The notes beneath the pieces are model-generated. The model did not search any database and had not been told where the DNA came from. It saw only the letters and a list, made by a program, of their open reading frames with translations. Shown here in pieces: positions 8,876 to 18,793 of a stretch of DNA of 64,000 bases. Every line of letters begins with the position of its first letter. The stretch's first letter is position 1. This DNA is from an uncultured Verrucomicrobiae bacterium (GTDB taxonomy: Bacteria > Verrucomicrobiota > Verrucomicrobiia > Limisphaerales > JAFGQR01): assembly GCA_963788655.1 (NCBI GenBank), contig CAWBHS010000088.1, forward strand, positions 1 through 64,000, written 5' to 3'. The translations under genes and the position numbers were made by a program.

Positions 8876-10157
8876 AATCCCTAGACACCAAGCTTGCCGA
8901 AATCAAAGCCAACCGCGCCTCGCGCGCGTTCATCATTGCCGATGCCAAAGATGCCGACATGGCATTTGGCGTGCGCGCGGCTGGACCCAGGTCTTATCTT
9001 TCCAGCTTTGGGGCCCGGCCTGCCCAGTTTTCCCCGGAACTCTGGACCCGCGAGGAATTCGGCTATCGCAACCTGCCGGAGTTTCTCGACATCATCCGCG
9101 AAGTAGTCCACCAGGGACTGGTGGACATCACGCTCATGTCTGCGTCGGTGAACGATCACCTCACCATCCAGGAAGGGCTGTTCCGCAATTCGCGCGTCAC
9201 GCCGGCCGCCCGCGCCAACGACACCACGGACGTGTGGGCGGCGCGTCACGGCAGCTACCTCAAGGAACCGCCGCAGCCATTTCGCTCGGCCAGCATCGAC
9301 CAGATCCAATGCGGCAAAGTTGAGTGTGCCCGCGACGGCAGCGAATTTCCCGGCGCTAATCTGGGGCTCTACTCGGTGACGTTTGTCAACGATCTGGAAA
9401 ATGACCGGCGTACGCTCGAAGCGTTCAAAGCCTTTCGCGAAGAAGCCGAGCGCAAACAATTCCGTTATTTCCTCGAAGTATTCGATCCGAACGTCGATAG
9501 CGGCATTCCACCGGAGAAACTCGGCGAGTTCATCAATGACAACATCCTACGCACCCTGGCCGGCGTGCCTGAAGCCGGGCGACCGTTGTTTCTGAAGATC
9601 GTTTATCACGGTCCGCGCGCGATGGAAGAACTGGTGCAGTATGATCCGAACATGGTCGTGGGCATTCTGGGCGGCAGCGCGGGCACGACCTACGATGCCT
9701 TCAAGTTGATCCACGATGCGCAAAAACACGGCGCTCGCGTCGCCTTGTTCGGCCGCAAAATCAACAACGCCGAGCACCAATTGGCGTTCATTGAAATGCT
9801 GCGCTTGATCACGGACGGGCGCATTTCCCCCGAAGAAGCAGTCCGCGCGTACCATGGCGTGCTGCAGGCCAAAGGTATTACACCCAAGTTGCCGTTGGAG
9901 AAGGATCTCGAATTAACCGATCAGGCGATGAGTTATGGAGGGAGCTCTCGACGCTCGGTGTCGATGGCTGGGAAACCACCAACGGATTCGACATCGACGG
10001 GTAACGCTTCATCTAACTCGCCGACCCAGCCCGTTTCGCCCCACCAGAATGCGACCGACTTGCCGACGCTTCCCAACGGCCGCCCGGACTTTGCCCACAT
10101 GGCCCGGCTCAGCGCCGTGCTTATGACCAAGCGCGATTGACCCGCCGGTTCGGTTAG
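8872..10157 (+). CDS. Conserved hypothetical protein, class I aldolase-like TIM barrel; apparent indel near 10103
   Basis: FLEVF, FLKIVY, GILGG and GARVALFGRKI resemble the DhnA/LacD-type pattern. An alternative frame gives the C-terminus PAQRRAYDQARLTRRFG*; the ORF as called ends at 10140. Confidence 0.6.
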
Positions 10158-10267
10158 TGCGGGCCTAATGGCTATCGCTGATTTTTTCTGTCGAACCGCC
10201 TTGCCAAATTGTTGCAATGCCGGCAGATTGCCCGCCGAAATTTGTTGAAACCCAATTGAGCATTGTC

Positions 10268-11569
10268 ATGAGTAACGTAGCGAAACTGGATCTGGACGGA
10301 AAAGTGTTTGAACTCCCCATCGTTGTGGGTTCGGAAGACGAACGGGGAGTTGACGTGTCCACGCTCCGCAGCAAAACGGGGCATATCACCCTGGACGACG
10401 GATACGGCAACACCGGATCGTGTTCCAGCGCGATCACCTTCATCGACGGCGAAAAAGGCATCCTGCGTTACCGCGGCTATTCCATCGACGAGCTGGCCGA
10501 AAAGTCCACCTTCGTCGAAACGGCTTACTTGTTGATCTACGGCGAACTGCCCGATCGCGGACAATTGCGGGAGTTCTCCACGCTGCTGACGCAGAACGAA
10601 AACCTGCACGAGGACATGAAGTACCATTTCGAGGGCTTCCCTTCCAGTGCGCATCCCATGGCCATGCTGTCCGCCATGATCAACGCCAGCAGTTGCTTCT
10701 ATCCGGGGCTGATGGGGTCGGCCAACCGCGAACGGTTCGGCATTCACGCCGCCCGGCTGATTTCTCAGGTGCGCACGATTGCTGCGTTCTCCTTCCGCAA
10801 ATCCCGCGGGCTCCCGATCATTTATCCGAAGCCGATTTACAAATACACCGCCAACTTCCTGCACATGATGTTTTCGGAGCCCTACCAGGATTACGAACTC
10901 AAGCCGGAAGTGGTGAAGGCGCTGGATTTGATTTTCCTGTTGCACGCCGACCACGAGCAGAACTGCTCCACCTCAACCGTCCGGATGGTGGCGTCCAGCC
11001 AGGCCAACCTGTTCGCCAGCGCGGCGGCGGGCGTTTGCGCGTTGTGGGGGCCGTTGCACGGCGGCGCCAACCAGGCCGTCATCGAAATGTTGGAAGCCAT
11101 CCATGAGTCCGGCGACGACGGCTCGAAGTTCATTGACGCGGCCAAGGACAAGAACAGCGGCAAACGCCTGATGGGTTTCGGCCACCGGGTTTACAAGAAT
11201 TACGATCCGCGCGCCAAGATCATCAAGCAGGCGTGCGACAATCTGCTGAATGCGCTGCAAATGGACGATCCGTTGTTGGACATCGCGAAACGGTTGGAAG
11301 CAGCGGCCATCAACGATTCCTATTTCGTCGAGCGCAAGCTCTACCCGAACGTGGACTTTTACAGCGGCATCATCATGCGCGCGATGGGCATCCCGAAGGA
11401 AATGTTCCCGGTGATCTTTGCCATTGGGCGCATGCCCGGATGGATCGCCAATTTCAAGGAAATCCTTGACGATTCCAAGAGCCGCATTTACCGGCCCCGC
11501 CAGATCTACACCGGCTCGACCGAACGGCCTTACGTGCCTGTCGAAGAACGGGCCGAAGGCGCGGCCTGA
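10268..11569 (+). CDS. gltA: Citrate synthase
   Basis: [39 protein letters not shown] and YPNVDFYSG. Confidence 0.97.
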   Translation: MSNVAKLDLDGKVFELPIVVGSEDERGVDVSTLRSKTGHITLDDGYGNTGSCSSAITFIDGEKGILRYRGYSIDELAEKSTFVETAYLLIYGELPDRGQLREFSTLLTQNENLHEDMKYHFEGFPSSAHPMAMLSAMINASSCFYPGLMGSANRERFGIHAARLISQVRTIAAFSFRKSRGLPIIYPKPIYKYTANFLHMMFSEPYQDYELKPEVVKALDLIFLLHADHEQNCSTSTVRMVASSQANLFASAAAGVCALWGPLHGGANQAVIEMLEAIHESGDDGSKFIDAAKDKNSGKRLMGFGHRVYKNYDPRAKIIKQACDNLLNALQMDDPLLDIAKRLEAAAINDSYFVERKLYPNVDFYSGIIMRAMGIPKEMFPVIFAIGRMPGWIANFKEILDDSKSRIYRPRQIYTGSTERPYVPVEERAEGAA

Positions 11570-11578
11570 TCCATCGGA

Positions 11579-12865
11579 CTACGATTTGATCCAGCGTTTG
11601 GCTTTCATTTCAAAGCGGGGCAAAGCGCCGGGCGAGGCGACGGAGACGGGCAGACGCATCAGGAGGGATTCCTCAAAATGCTTTTCCAGTTTTCGGGCCA
11701 GGGCGGTGGAATCTGGACAGTCGCGTGTGGGTTCGATGGTCAGTTTGAGCTCCGTCATTGAGTGTTCCTTGCTGATGACCACCTGATATTCGGCCACCCC
11801 GCCAGTGGTGCGAATAATCTCTTCGATGGCGCTGGGAAATACCTTGACCCCCCGCACGACCACCATGTCGTCCACCCGTCCCAGGATGCCTCCTTCGAGC
11901 GCCAAGTCAGAGCGGCCACATTGGCAAACATCATCCTCGGCGATTTTGACCAGGTCGCCCGTGCGGTAACGCAACACGGGCGATCCCAGACGGCCCAAGG
12001 GGGTCAGGACCAACTCGCCGGTGTCACCCGGATCAACCGCTTGGCCGGTGGTGGGATCAATGACTTCCGGCAAGTAAGCATTCTCCATCACGTGAAGAAC
12101 TCCGGGCCGCGCCGGGCATTCAAAGGTCACCGCGCCGACTTCGGTCATGCCGTGGTGGTCATAAACCTGCGCGCCCGGCCATAGTTCCTCAATGCGAGCG
12201 CGTGTGGCCGGAATACTGCCGCCCGGTTCTCCCGCGGTGATGATCCGTCTGACCGGTTGCTCGGCCAGAGAGATTCCTTCTTCCGCTGCCACCTCGGCCA
12301 AACGCAGGGCATAAGTCGGGGTGCAGCAAAGCACGGTGGCTTGGTGATCCAGCAAGGCGCGCAATCGGGCCGAACTGCCGTAGCCGCCCCCAGGCAGACA
12401 CAGGCAGCCGATCTTGATGGCCGCTTCGAAGGCACTCCAGAATCCGAGAAACGGTCCGAACGAAAAAGCAAAAAACACCCGGTCCGCTGCGGTGACTCCC
12501 GCGGTGCGATGGACGTATTCCCAGTTGCGGAGAATCCACTCCCAACTCTCCGTGGTGTCGAGCCAACGCAACGGGGTGCCCTGGGTGCCACTGGTTTGAT
12601 GGCAGCGGGCATAGCGTTCGAGCGGGTACGTCAGATTGGTGCCGTACGGCGGATTGGCGATCTGGTCCTCCACCAACTCGCGCTTCGTGGTGAAGGGCAT
12701 GTCCTGAGTGAGTTGGTAGGGGGTGCTGATTTTGCGGGGGATGGCGGCTTCGTCAAACTTGGCGGAGTAAAACGGATTGGCCGGCAGAATGGCGGAAACC
12801 AGGGCGCGCAATTGGTCGGTTTGCCACTGCACGATGGCGAGGCGTTTGGGAAACGGCGGAGGCAT
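11579..12865 (-). CDS. Phenylacetate-CoA ligase (PaaK)-like AMP-binding protein
   Basis: PFTTKREL, HQTSGT.G.P, AGEPGG, DHHGMTE, RYRTGD, GRVDDM. Confidence 0.88.
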   Translation of the reverse strand: MPPPFPKRLAIVQWQTDQLRALVSAILPANPFYSAKFDEAAIPRKISTPYQLTQDMPFTTKRELVEDQIANPPYGTNLTYPLERYARCHQTSGTQGTPLRWLDTTESWEWILRNWEYVHRTAGVTAADRVFFAFSFGPFLGFWSAFEAAIKIGCLCLPGGGYGSSARLRALLDHQATVLCCTPTYALRLAEVAAEEGISLAEQPVRRIITAGEPGGSIPATRARIEELWPGAQVYDHHGMTEVGAVTFECPARPGVLHVMENAYLPEVIDPTTGQAVDPGDTGELVLTPLGRLGSPVLRYRTGDLVKIAEDDVCQCGRSDLALEGGILGRVDDMVVVRGVKVFPSAIEEIIRTTGGVAEYQVVISKEHSMTELKLTIEPTRDCPDSTALARKLEKHFEESLLMRLPVSVASPGALPRFEMKAKRWIKS

Positions 12866-12873
12866 GGCGGTGG

Positions 12874-13435
12874 TTAGGGAGTGCTGGGGGACGCGGGGCG
12901 GGCGATCGTTCGGGCGGTGGCAGTCTTTGGCGGGACCGGCGGCAGGTTTGTACAAAGTAACCAGGCAGCCGCCCAAGGCGGCCAGCAGGATGCCCAAGTA
13001 GAACTGGGGCTTGATCGAACTCCAACCACCGGCCGGCGGATGCAGCAAGAGCGCCAAACCGGCGTTGATGACCGGAGCGCCGGCAAAGACGATGGACATC
13101 ACCACGCCCGGTTTCCCGCCCGCTCCGAAAGCCAGTAGCACCCCAAACGCACCGACTGCCCCCACGATGCCCGCCAACAGCGACCAGCCCATGCCTTTGA
13201 CGGTGTAGCCTGACCAGGCCCCGCCCTTCAGCATCAATAATGCGAGCGGCGCCAGCACGGCGGTCAAGAAGTAGGCCAAACCGACAAACAGGAAAGCACG
13301 GTAACGTGCCAGTTCTCCTCCCCCCATGGTGGTTTGTCCCGTGTGGAGAAAAATGCCATAAACGCCCCAAGACACGACGGTCATCAAGGCGAACACCAGC
13401 CAGGTCATTCCCGGACCTTGAGAATTTTCAGCCAT
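12874..13435 (-). CDS. Small multi-pass membrane protein (DMT/EamA-like); reads in frame into the PaaK-like gene as sequenced
   Basis: About five hydrophobic helices (WLVFALMTVVSWGVYG...VMSIVFAGAPVIN). A plausible stop lies at 12874 in another frame. Confidence 0.7.
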
Positions 13436-13690
13436 ACGAGGGGGGATTGTAGCGGGGGATGGCCCTGACTTCAAATGGATTGATTGAAAGACCGAAGGCC
13501 GAGGGCCGAAATCCAAAAGAATCGGAAATCCGAATACCGAGCGCGACGCAAGTTTGAACATGATAGCCGGGCAGGTGACTGGACCGACCGTCCGAATTTC
13601 AGCCTGCGGCCGTCTATCGGACCTCGACCATCGGCTTGCTGAGTTCAGTTTTAGTTTTCGATTTTAGCCCATTCATGGCATGATTGGGAC

Positions 13691-14122
13691 ATGCAACGAT
13701 TCGTTGGGTTCATGTTATTAGGCTGGTTGGTGGCTGGCTGTGCGACCAGCACGATCGAAACTCGCAAGAAAGAGGATTACGGAACGTATTCAAAGCTTAC
13801 TTCCGAATTCAAGTCCGCGGTGGACGAGGGCCAAATCAAAGTGGGCATGCCCATGGACGCGGTTTATATCGCCTGGGGCAAACCCTCGCAGGTGCTGACC
13901 AACGAATCGGCGCAGGGCACCTTCATCACTTGGCTTTACCAGAACAGCCGGTTGAAGTCCTACCGATACTTGACGATGCACTCCTACCTCCATGGGGATT
14001 ACGTTTGGCGCGAACCATACGTGGCCACGTCCTATTATCCGGAGGAATATGTCAGCGCCGAAGTGATCTTTGAGGACGCCAAGGTCAAGGAATGGCGTAC
14101 CTTGCCGGCCCCGGTTTATTAG
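13691..14122 (+). CDS. Lipoprotein, SmpA/BamE-like motif
   Basis: Lipobox LVAGC; GQIKVGMPMDAVYIAWGKP. Confidence 0.75.
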   Translation: MQRFVGFMLLGWLVAGCATSTIETRKKEDYGTYSKLTSEFKSAVDEGQIKVGMPMDAVYIAWGKPSQVLTNESAQGTFITWLYQNSRLKSYRYLTMHSYLHGDYVWREPYVATSYYPEEYVSAEVIFEDAKVKEWRTLPAPVY

Positions 14123-14213
14123 GAATTCAGTCCTGGACGGTATCGACGCTCCCTAACAGTCACCGCGCGGTTCCCGATGTGATGGCAGCCCTTTGGGGGG
14201 CGCGCGGACTCCG

Positions 14214-14663
14214 TCAATGTTTGGGGCGCAAGAGAATGGCTTTCTTCTCGGTCCCTTCGACTTCGACGCTTTTAGTTTCCACCGAGGGGTCGCTTTTGAG
14301 CGCGTTGTGGACAATGCGGCGGTCGAAGGCGTTCATGGGCTCCAGTTCCACCACATCCCCCCAGCGCCGTACTTTTTCGGCGGCCTCCTGGGCTTTCTTG
14401 ACGAGGGCTTCCCGGGCTTGGGAACGGTATCCGCCAACGTCCACGGTCACCTTCGGCACGCTGGGATCGCCTTCAAAGGAAATGCGATTCACCAGATATT
14501 GCAGATCCGCCAGGGTTTGTCCCTGACGGCCGATCAGCCGGCCGGCGTCGGCCATTTGAACGTTGAGCAAGATCCCCTCGTCCAGGTGCTGTTCTTCCAC
14601 TGCGGCTTCGAAGCCGAGGGTGCGGAGCATTTCTTCAAGCGTAACTTTTGGATTGGCTGACAT
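14214..14663 (-). CDS. jag: KH + R3H RNA-binding protein (Jag/EloR/KhpB), short form
   Basis: GRLIGRQGQTLADLQYL (KH) and PMNAFDRRIVH (R3H); directly downstream of yidC. Confidence 0.92.
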   Translation of the reverse strand: MSANPKVTLEEMLRTLGFEAAVEEQHLDEGILLNVQMADAGRLIGRQGQTLADLQYLVNRISFEGDPSVPKVTVDVGGYRSQAREALVKKAQEAAEKVRRWGDVVELEPMNAFDRRIVHNALKSDPSVETKSVEVEGTEKKAILLRPKH

Positions 14664-14719
14664 AAATTGGTGGCGGGCAGGTTAGACGGTTGCCCCTCGC
14701 GGCAAATTGGTCCGAATAC

Positions 14720-16888
14720 TCATCGTCGTTTTTTCTTTTGCGGCACCACCGGCACGGGAGCTTTGGGAACCAACGGTGCGTTCTTGTCGGCGGCGCGCGT
14801 TAACTTCGTTTGCACAACGGAGAGTAAGTTTTGCACAGTCCAATACAGCGTCAAGCCTGCCGAGAAATTGTACAAGATCACCAGGAACATCAACGGCATG
14901 TAACGCATGACCTTCTGCTGCATGGGATCCACCCCAGGCGAAGCCGGCGTCAGCCGGGCTTGCCAGAGCATGGTGGCTCCCATGATGAGCGGCAGCAGGT
15001 TGAACGGCACATTGAGGCCCGGGATGATGAACAACGTGTCCGGCTGAGACAGATCGGAAATCCACAGCCAACTGGCCCCGCGCAATTCGATGGCGGTGCG
15101 GATCATGGTGTAAAACCCAAAGAAAATCGGCATCTGCACCATCACCGGGAGGCAGCCCGCAGCGGGATTGATTTTGTGTTCCTTGTAAAACTCCCACATC
15201 TTGCGCTGCATTTTTTGCGGGTCATCTTTGAATTTCTCCTGGAGCGCTTTGATTTGCGGTTGCAGCGCCGACATGCGTTTCATGGACCGCGTGCTGATAT
15301 TGGTCAGCGGCCAGAAGATCCCCTTGATGATGATGGTGATGGTGATGATGGCCCAGCCGTAAGAAAACCCCATTGCGTTCAGGCCGTTCATCGACACCAG
15401 CAGCAATTGAGCGAACCAGCCGAAGAACCCAAAACTCATGATCTTGTCCAGGTTGTTCTTCAACCGCGCGCCCAGCCGGGACAAGAGTTTGTATTCTTTG
15501 GGACCGGCGTAGATCAAGAAGGAGTGTGCCACCGAACCCTGCGGTTGCAGCACGGTAGCCGGATAAACCATGCTCGTCTGGTAACCCATTGGGCTCGGCT
15601 TGAGGTCGCGAGTATAGGCCTGCTCCAAGATCAGCCGATTTAGCCGCACCACGTCCTCGGGCCACTGGGTTTGATCCACCAGCCGCCGAACCTGTTCCGG
15701 CAGCGGATGGCGCAAAAAGTAATCCTGATTGGCCTGGTAAATCGATGGTCCGTGGAGAACGTCATTCAAATCGGCCACCAGCGCTTGTTGCATCGGTTCA
15801 GACAGCGACCGGAAATCCACCACATTCTTCAGTTGCGCCCGCGTGTCAGCGGAAAGATGCTGGTACACATATTGGGACAGGCTGTCGGTCGAACTCTGCA
15901 ACGCGAACGCCAAGCCGCCCAGGTTGCTGAAATCCTCCGCCGCAAACAACCAATCCCGCCCGTTGAGCGACCGTTCGGTAGCAGCCAGCGCGTTGGTGGG
16001 TTCGCGCAGTGGGGGCAGATAGACCTCCCGGACGATGACTTCCGTGGCCGGCATGTTGGTGGGGGCGATTGCGGCCAGGGCAAAGAACTGATTGTGGACG
16101 GCCACCCATTCGACATTGTCCTTGCCGCCCGTAAACTGGTGCCGCGGCGTGCCTGGGAAACAACCCAAAGTGCGGTTGGCAAACCAGCCGGCCTGGACTT
16201 GATGGGCCGCCTTGCCATCGTACCAAAACGTTCCCAGCAACCGCAGGTCGTCGGCCAGCCCCATTGGTGTGGCGGTCCCGGTCACCCATTGCTGCGGGGG
16301 AATCGTCATCGGCTGGGAGGAACGGTTCTCCAGGCGGGTCACCGCATCCACCAGGTAGTTGGTCAGCAAATGAAATTCCTTCACCAACGTCAGGCCATTG
16401 GTCAGAGCCTTCTCCGCGCGCACGACGTTCCCCTGGTGACTCAACTGGAACACGTCATTGCCCACGAAGGTCTGGCTGTCGGCCAACGCCATTACGGGCA
16501 ATGGGGCCAAAGTATTGAGACTGGCCCAATTCGTGGCATGGGTAAGGGTGCGCGCCCGTTTGGAAACGCGCGCCGGATACTTCATCAGTTCAACCAGTTT
16601 GAGGCCGCCGCCGTGGGAAGTGAACGTGTAACGGGCCAGATCATTTGTCAGGACCAGCAGTTGTTCCGGGGGCGCCACTTCCTTGGGTGTGACTACGGGA
16701 GCCGGACGATTGGTCGGAATGTTACTGATTTCCGCGATGTTTGTGCCGGCGCTGGTCACCACCTCATTGGTGCCGGACGGTTGGACGACGGGCAGAGGCG
16801 CGGGCGGGTAGAGCTTCTTCATGAGCGCCGGCCACATCAGCAGCGCCATGAAGGAAAGAATGAGAATGATAATGCCTTTACGATCCAT
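14720..16888 (-). CDS. yidC: Membrane protein insertase YidC with a ~120-aa insertion
   Basis: [45 protein letters not shown]. Confidence 0.96.
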   Translation of the reverse strand: MDRKGIIILILSFMALLMWPALMKKLYPPAPLPVVQPSGTNEVVTSAGTNIAEISNIPTNRPAPVVTPKEVAPPEQLLVLTNDLARYTFTSHGGGLKLVELMKYPARVSKRARTLTHATNWASLNTLAPLPVMALADSQTFVGNDVFQLSHQGNVVRAEKALTNGLTLVKEFHLLTNYLVDAVTRLENRSSQPMTIPPQQWVTGTATPMGLADDLRLLGTFWYDGKAAHQVQAGWFANRTLGCFPGTPRHQFTGGKDNVEWVAVHNQFFALAAIAPTNMPATEVIVREVYLPPLREPTNALAATERSLNGRDWLFAAEDFSNLGGLAFALQSSTDSLSQYVYQHLSADTRAQLKNVVDFRSLSEPMQQALVADLNDVLHGPSIYQANQDYFLRHPLPEQVRRLVDQTQWPEDVVRLNRLILEQAYTRDLKPSPMGYQTSMVYPATVLQPQGSVAHSFLIYAGPKEYKLLSRLGARLKNNLDKIMSFGFFGWFAQLLLVSMNGLNAMGFSYGWAIITITIIIKGIFWPLTNISTRSMKRMSALQPQIKALQEKFKDDPQKMQRKMWEFYKEHKINPAAGCLPVMVQMPIFFGFYTMIRTAIELRGASWLWISDLSQPDTLFIIPGLNVPFNLLPLIMGATMLWQARLTPASPGVDPMQQKVMRYMPLMFLVILYNFSAGLTLYWTVQNLLSVVQTKLTRAADKNAPLVPKAPVPVVPQKKKRR

Positions 16889-17240
16889 GCTCGCAGGTCT
16901 TCAGAGAAGTAATTGTCGAATGAAGTTCCGGGTGCCCGGACGAAGCCAGGCCGCCGGACGCACGTGCCGCCGCCTGGTCAGGTGGCAGCGATTGGTGAAC
17001 CGGCGGAACCGGGTCATGTCCGCACCCGCCCCAAGGCTGACACCGCAGCAACCGGCGCAACGCCAGCCAACTACCGCGCCGCGCGCCATGCCGTTGGATT
17101 GCTTCCAACGCGTATTGGGAACAGGTGGGGGTGTAACGACAGCCCATGCCAAACGGAACGGTGAGCGCCGCCAGCACAGGGGAGAGCGTGACGCGGTAAA
17201 TGCGCAGCAGCAAAACCAGGATTTGTTGGGCGAAATTCAA
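16878..17240 (-). CDS. yidD: Membrane protein insertion efficiency factor
   Basis: [17 protein letters not shown]...[21 protein letters not shown] start inferred. Confidence 0.92.
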   Translation of the reverse strand: MNFAQQILVLLLRIYRVTLSPVLAALTVPFGMGCRYTPTCSQYALEAIQRHGARRGSWLALRRLLRCQPWGGCGHDPVPPVHQSLPPDQAAARASGGLASSGHPELHSTITSLKTCEHGS

Positions 17241-17323
17241 GTTCGATGAGGACGAGGCTTGCCGGATTGCCAGGGAGCGCCAGTGGTTGTCGCAATGGAA
17301 TAGCTCATGGGCGGTCTTGTGTC

Positions 17324-17701
17324 CTATTCCGGCGTCGCCAGCAAACGAGCCCGTTGGATCGCTTCGAGAAAGTCCTTTTCGACCGCGGCGAATTTCCGGC
17401 CGACGATCGACGAGCGCGCCACCAGCACCAAGTCCAGTGGCTGCTGGATTTGATCCTGGTGCAGCCGGTAACTCTCCCGCAACAAGCGCCGCGCCCGGTT
17501 GCGCACCACCGCATTGCCCAGCTTGCGTCCGGTGACCACCCCCAAACGAGAGGGTGAGCCGGCCGGCAGCAGCAGCCAATTGGCAATCAGGCAGCCGTGG
17601 ACCATTCGCCGGCCCTGCGTCTTGACGCGCGAAAAATCGCGGCCATGCTTCAGATGGCGCCGGCGCGGCAGTCCGCGTCTAGCTGGCGGTGCGGTGGCCA
17701 T
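17324..17701 (-). CDS. rnpA: Ribonuclease P protein component
   Basis: [25 protein letters not shown]. Confidence 0.95.
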   Translation of the reverse strand: MATAPPARRGLPRRRHLKHGRDFSRVKTQGRRMVHGCLIANWLLLPAGSPSRLGVVTGRKLGNAVVRNRARRLLRESYRLHQDQIQQPLDLVLVARSSIVGRKFAAVEKDFLEAIQRARLLATPE

Positions 17702-17712
17702 AGCCCGGCGGA

Positions 17713-17850
17713 TTAGACCGGGGTCAAGCGCTTGCGGCCCACCCGGCGGCGGTTCGCCAGAGTCGCCCGGCCACTTTTGGTGGAATTGCGACTCCGAAAG
17801 CCATGCTGTCGTTTACGACTGATTTTGGACGGTTGATACGTTCGTTTCAT
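17713..17850 (-). CDS. rpmH: 50S ribosomal protein L34 (not in the ORF track)
   Basis: [45 protein letters not shown]. Confidence 0.97.
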   Translation of the reverse strand: MKRTYQPSKISRKRQHGFRSRNSTKSGRATLANRRRVGRKRLTPV

Positions 17851-17945
17851 GTCAAATTCTCAATTCATCTCGCGCCTGGCTTCAATTGCCACACGCCCGC
17901 GCGACGTTTACCGTTGTAGGTGCTCCCTCGTCCACGGAACGCGAG

Positions 17946-17973
17946 AGCTTATCAGTGAAGCCTGACGTGTCAA
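17946..17973 (-). promoter_or_regulatory. Sigma70-type promoter of the rpmH operon
   Basis: TTGACA-16 nt-TAAGCT on the minus strand, about 95 nt upstream of rpmH. Confidence 0.6.
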
Positions 17974-18032
17974 GCGCGAGGGCAGGCAAAACTTGTCACC
18001 GGCATGGGCTTCGGGCTTAATGCCGCATCATT

Positions 18033-18479
18033 ATGGACTGGCTGACACACTTGTTTTGGTTCGACCAAAAGTTTTTGGGCATTGAATGGCACTTATGGAA
18101 GGTGGTGGGCTGGACGGGCAACATTGTGTTTTCGTCCCGTTTCTTCGTGCAATGGTGGGCGACCGAACGCCGCAAAGCCGTGGTTGTGCCTTCCATATTT
18201 TGGTATTTAAGCTTGTTCGGCTCGGGTTGTTTGTTGGCTTACAGTATTTACCGGCGGGATTCCGTCTTCTTCTTTGCCTATGCCTTTACCTGGATTCCTT
18301 ACATTCGCAACTTGATCATCGGCCATCGTCACAAGAAAGCTCGGGCCGTCTGCCCGCATTGTGCGGAGCGTTGTCCGCCCGAGGCGTTATTCTGCCCGCT
18401 GTGCGGAACGAAGTTGAACGGATTGCCGAGTCTCCCCGCGTCGGAAGCGGCAAGTTCTGGCGGTCCGAGGTCGGAATAG
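18033..18479 (+). CDS. Lipid-A-biosynthesis N-terminal (LAB_N) domain membrane protein with C-terminal zinc ribbon
   Basis: FSSRFFVQWWATER..VVVP..FWYLSL.G...LL.Y; CPHC...CPLCG. Confidence 0.8.
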   Translation: MDWLTHLFWFDQKFLGIEWHLWKVVGWTGNIVFSSRFFVQWWATERRKAVVVPSIFWYLSLFGSGCLLAYSIYRRDSVFFFAYAFTWIPYIRNLIIGHRHKKARAVCPHCAERCPPEALFCPLCGTKLNGLPSLPASEAASSGGPRSE

Positions 18480-18793
18480 TTGCCCCATTTCCGGACTTTG
18501 GCCGGGGGTGAACCGGGATATTTCAAGCCTTGGCGCAACCTCGAGGGAGCTTCATGTTATCGACGGTGTCCTCTGGCCTTGGAACCGGTTCGAAATCTGC
18601 GTGACGCCCGGCGCCCGGCTTGACCCGGCCGTTGGGTTGTTCAAGGTTGAGCGTCCCTAAACGCTTGTGAGGCGCCCGAATTCCTTGTCTTTTTGAATTT
18701 TTGGCGTGACACATTTGGGGTGCGGGTGTCAAAAGGTACTTGTTATTGAACGCCGCTGCTGTTGTTAGCCAGTGTGAACCGACTCGAATGATT

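Noticed and set aside
15590..15949. Intein explanation for the YidC and YihY insertions
   Set aside because: There is no N-terminal Cys/Ser block, no C-terminal His-Asn followed by Cys/Ser/Thr, and the sequence looks helical rather than HINT-like.
17850..18030. Replication origin next to rpmH
   Set aside because: There is no dnaA gene, no DnaA-box cluster and no AT-rich unwinding element here.
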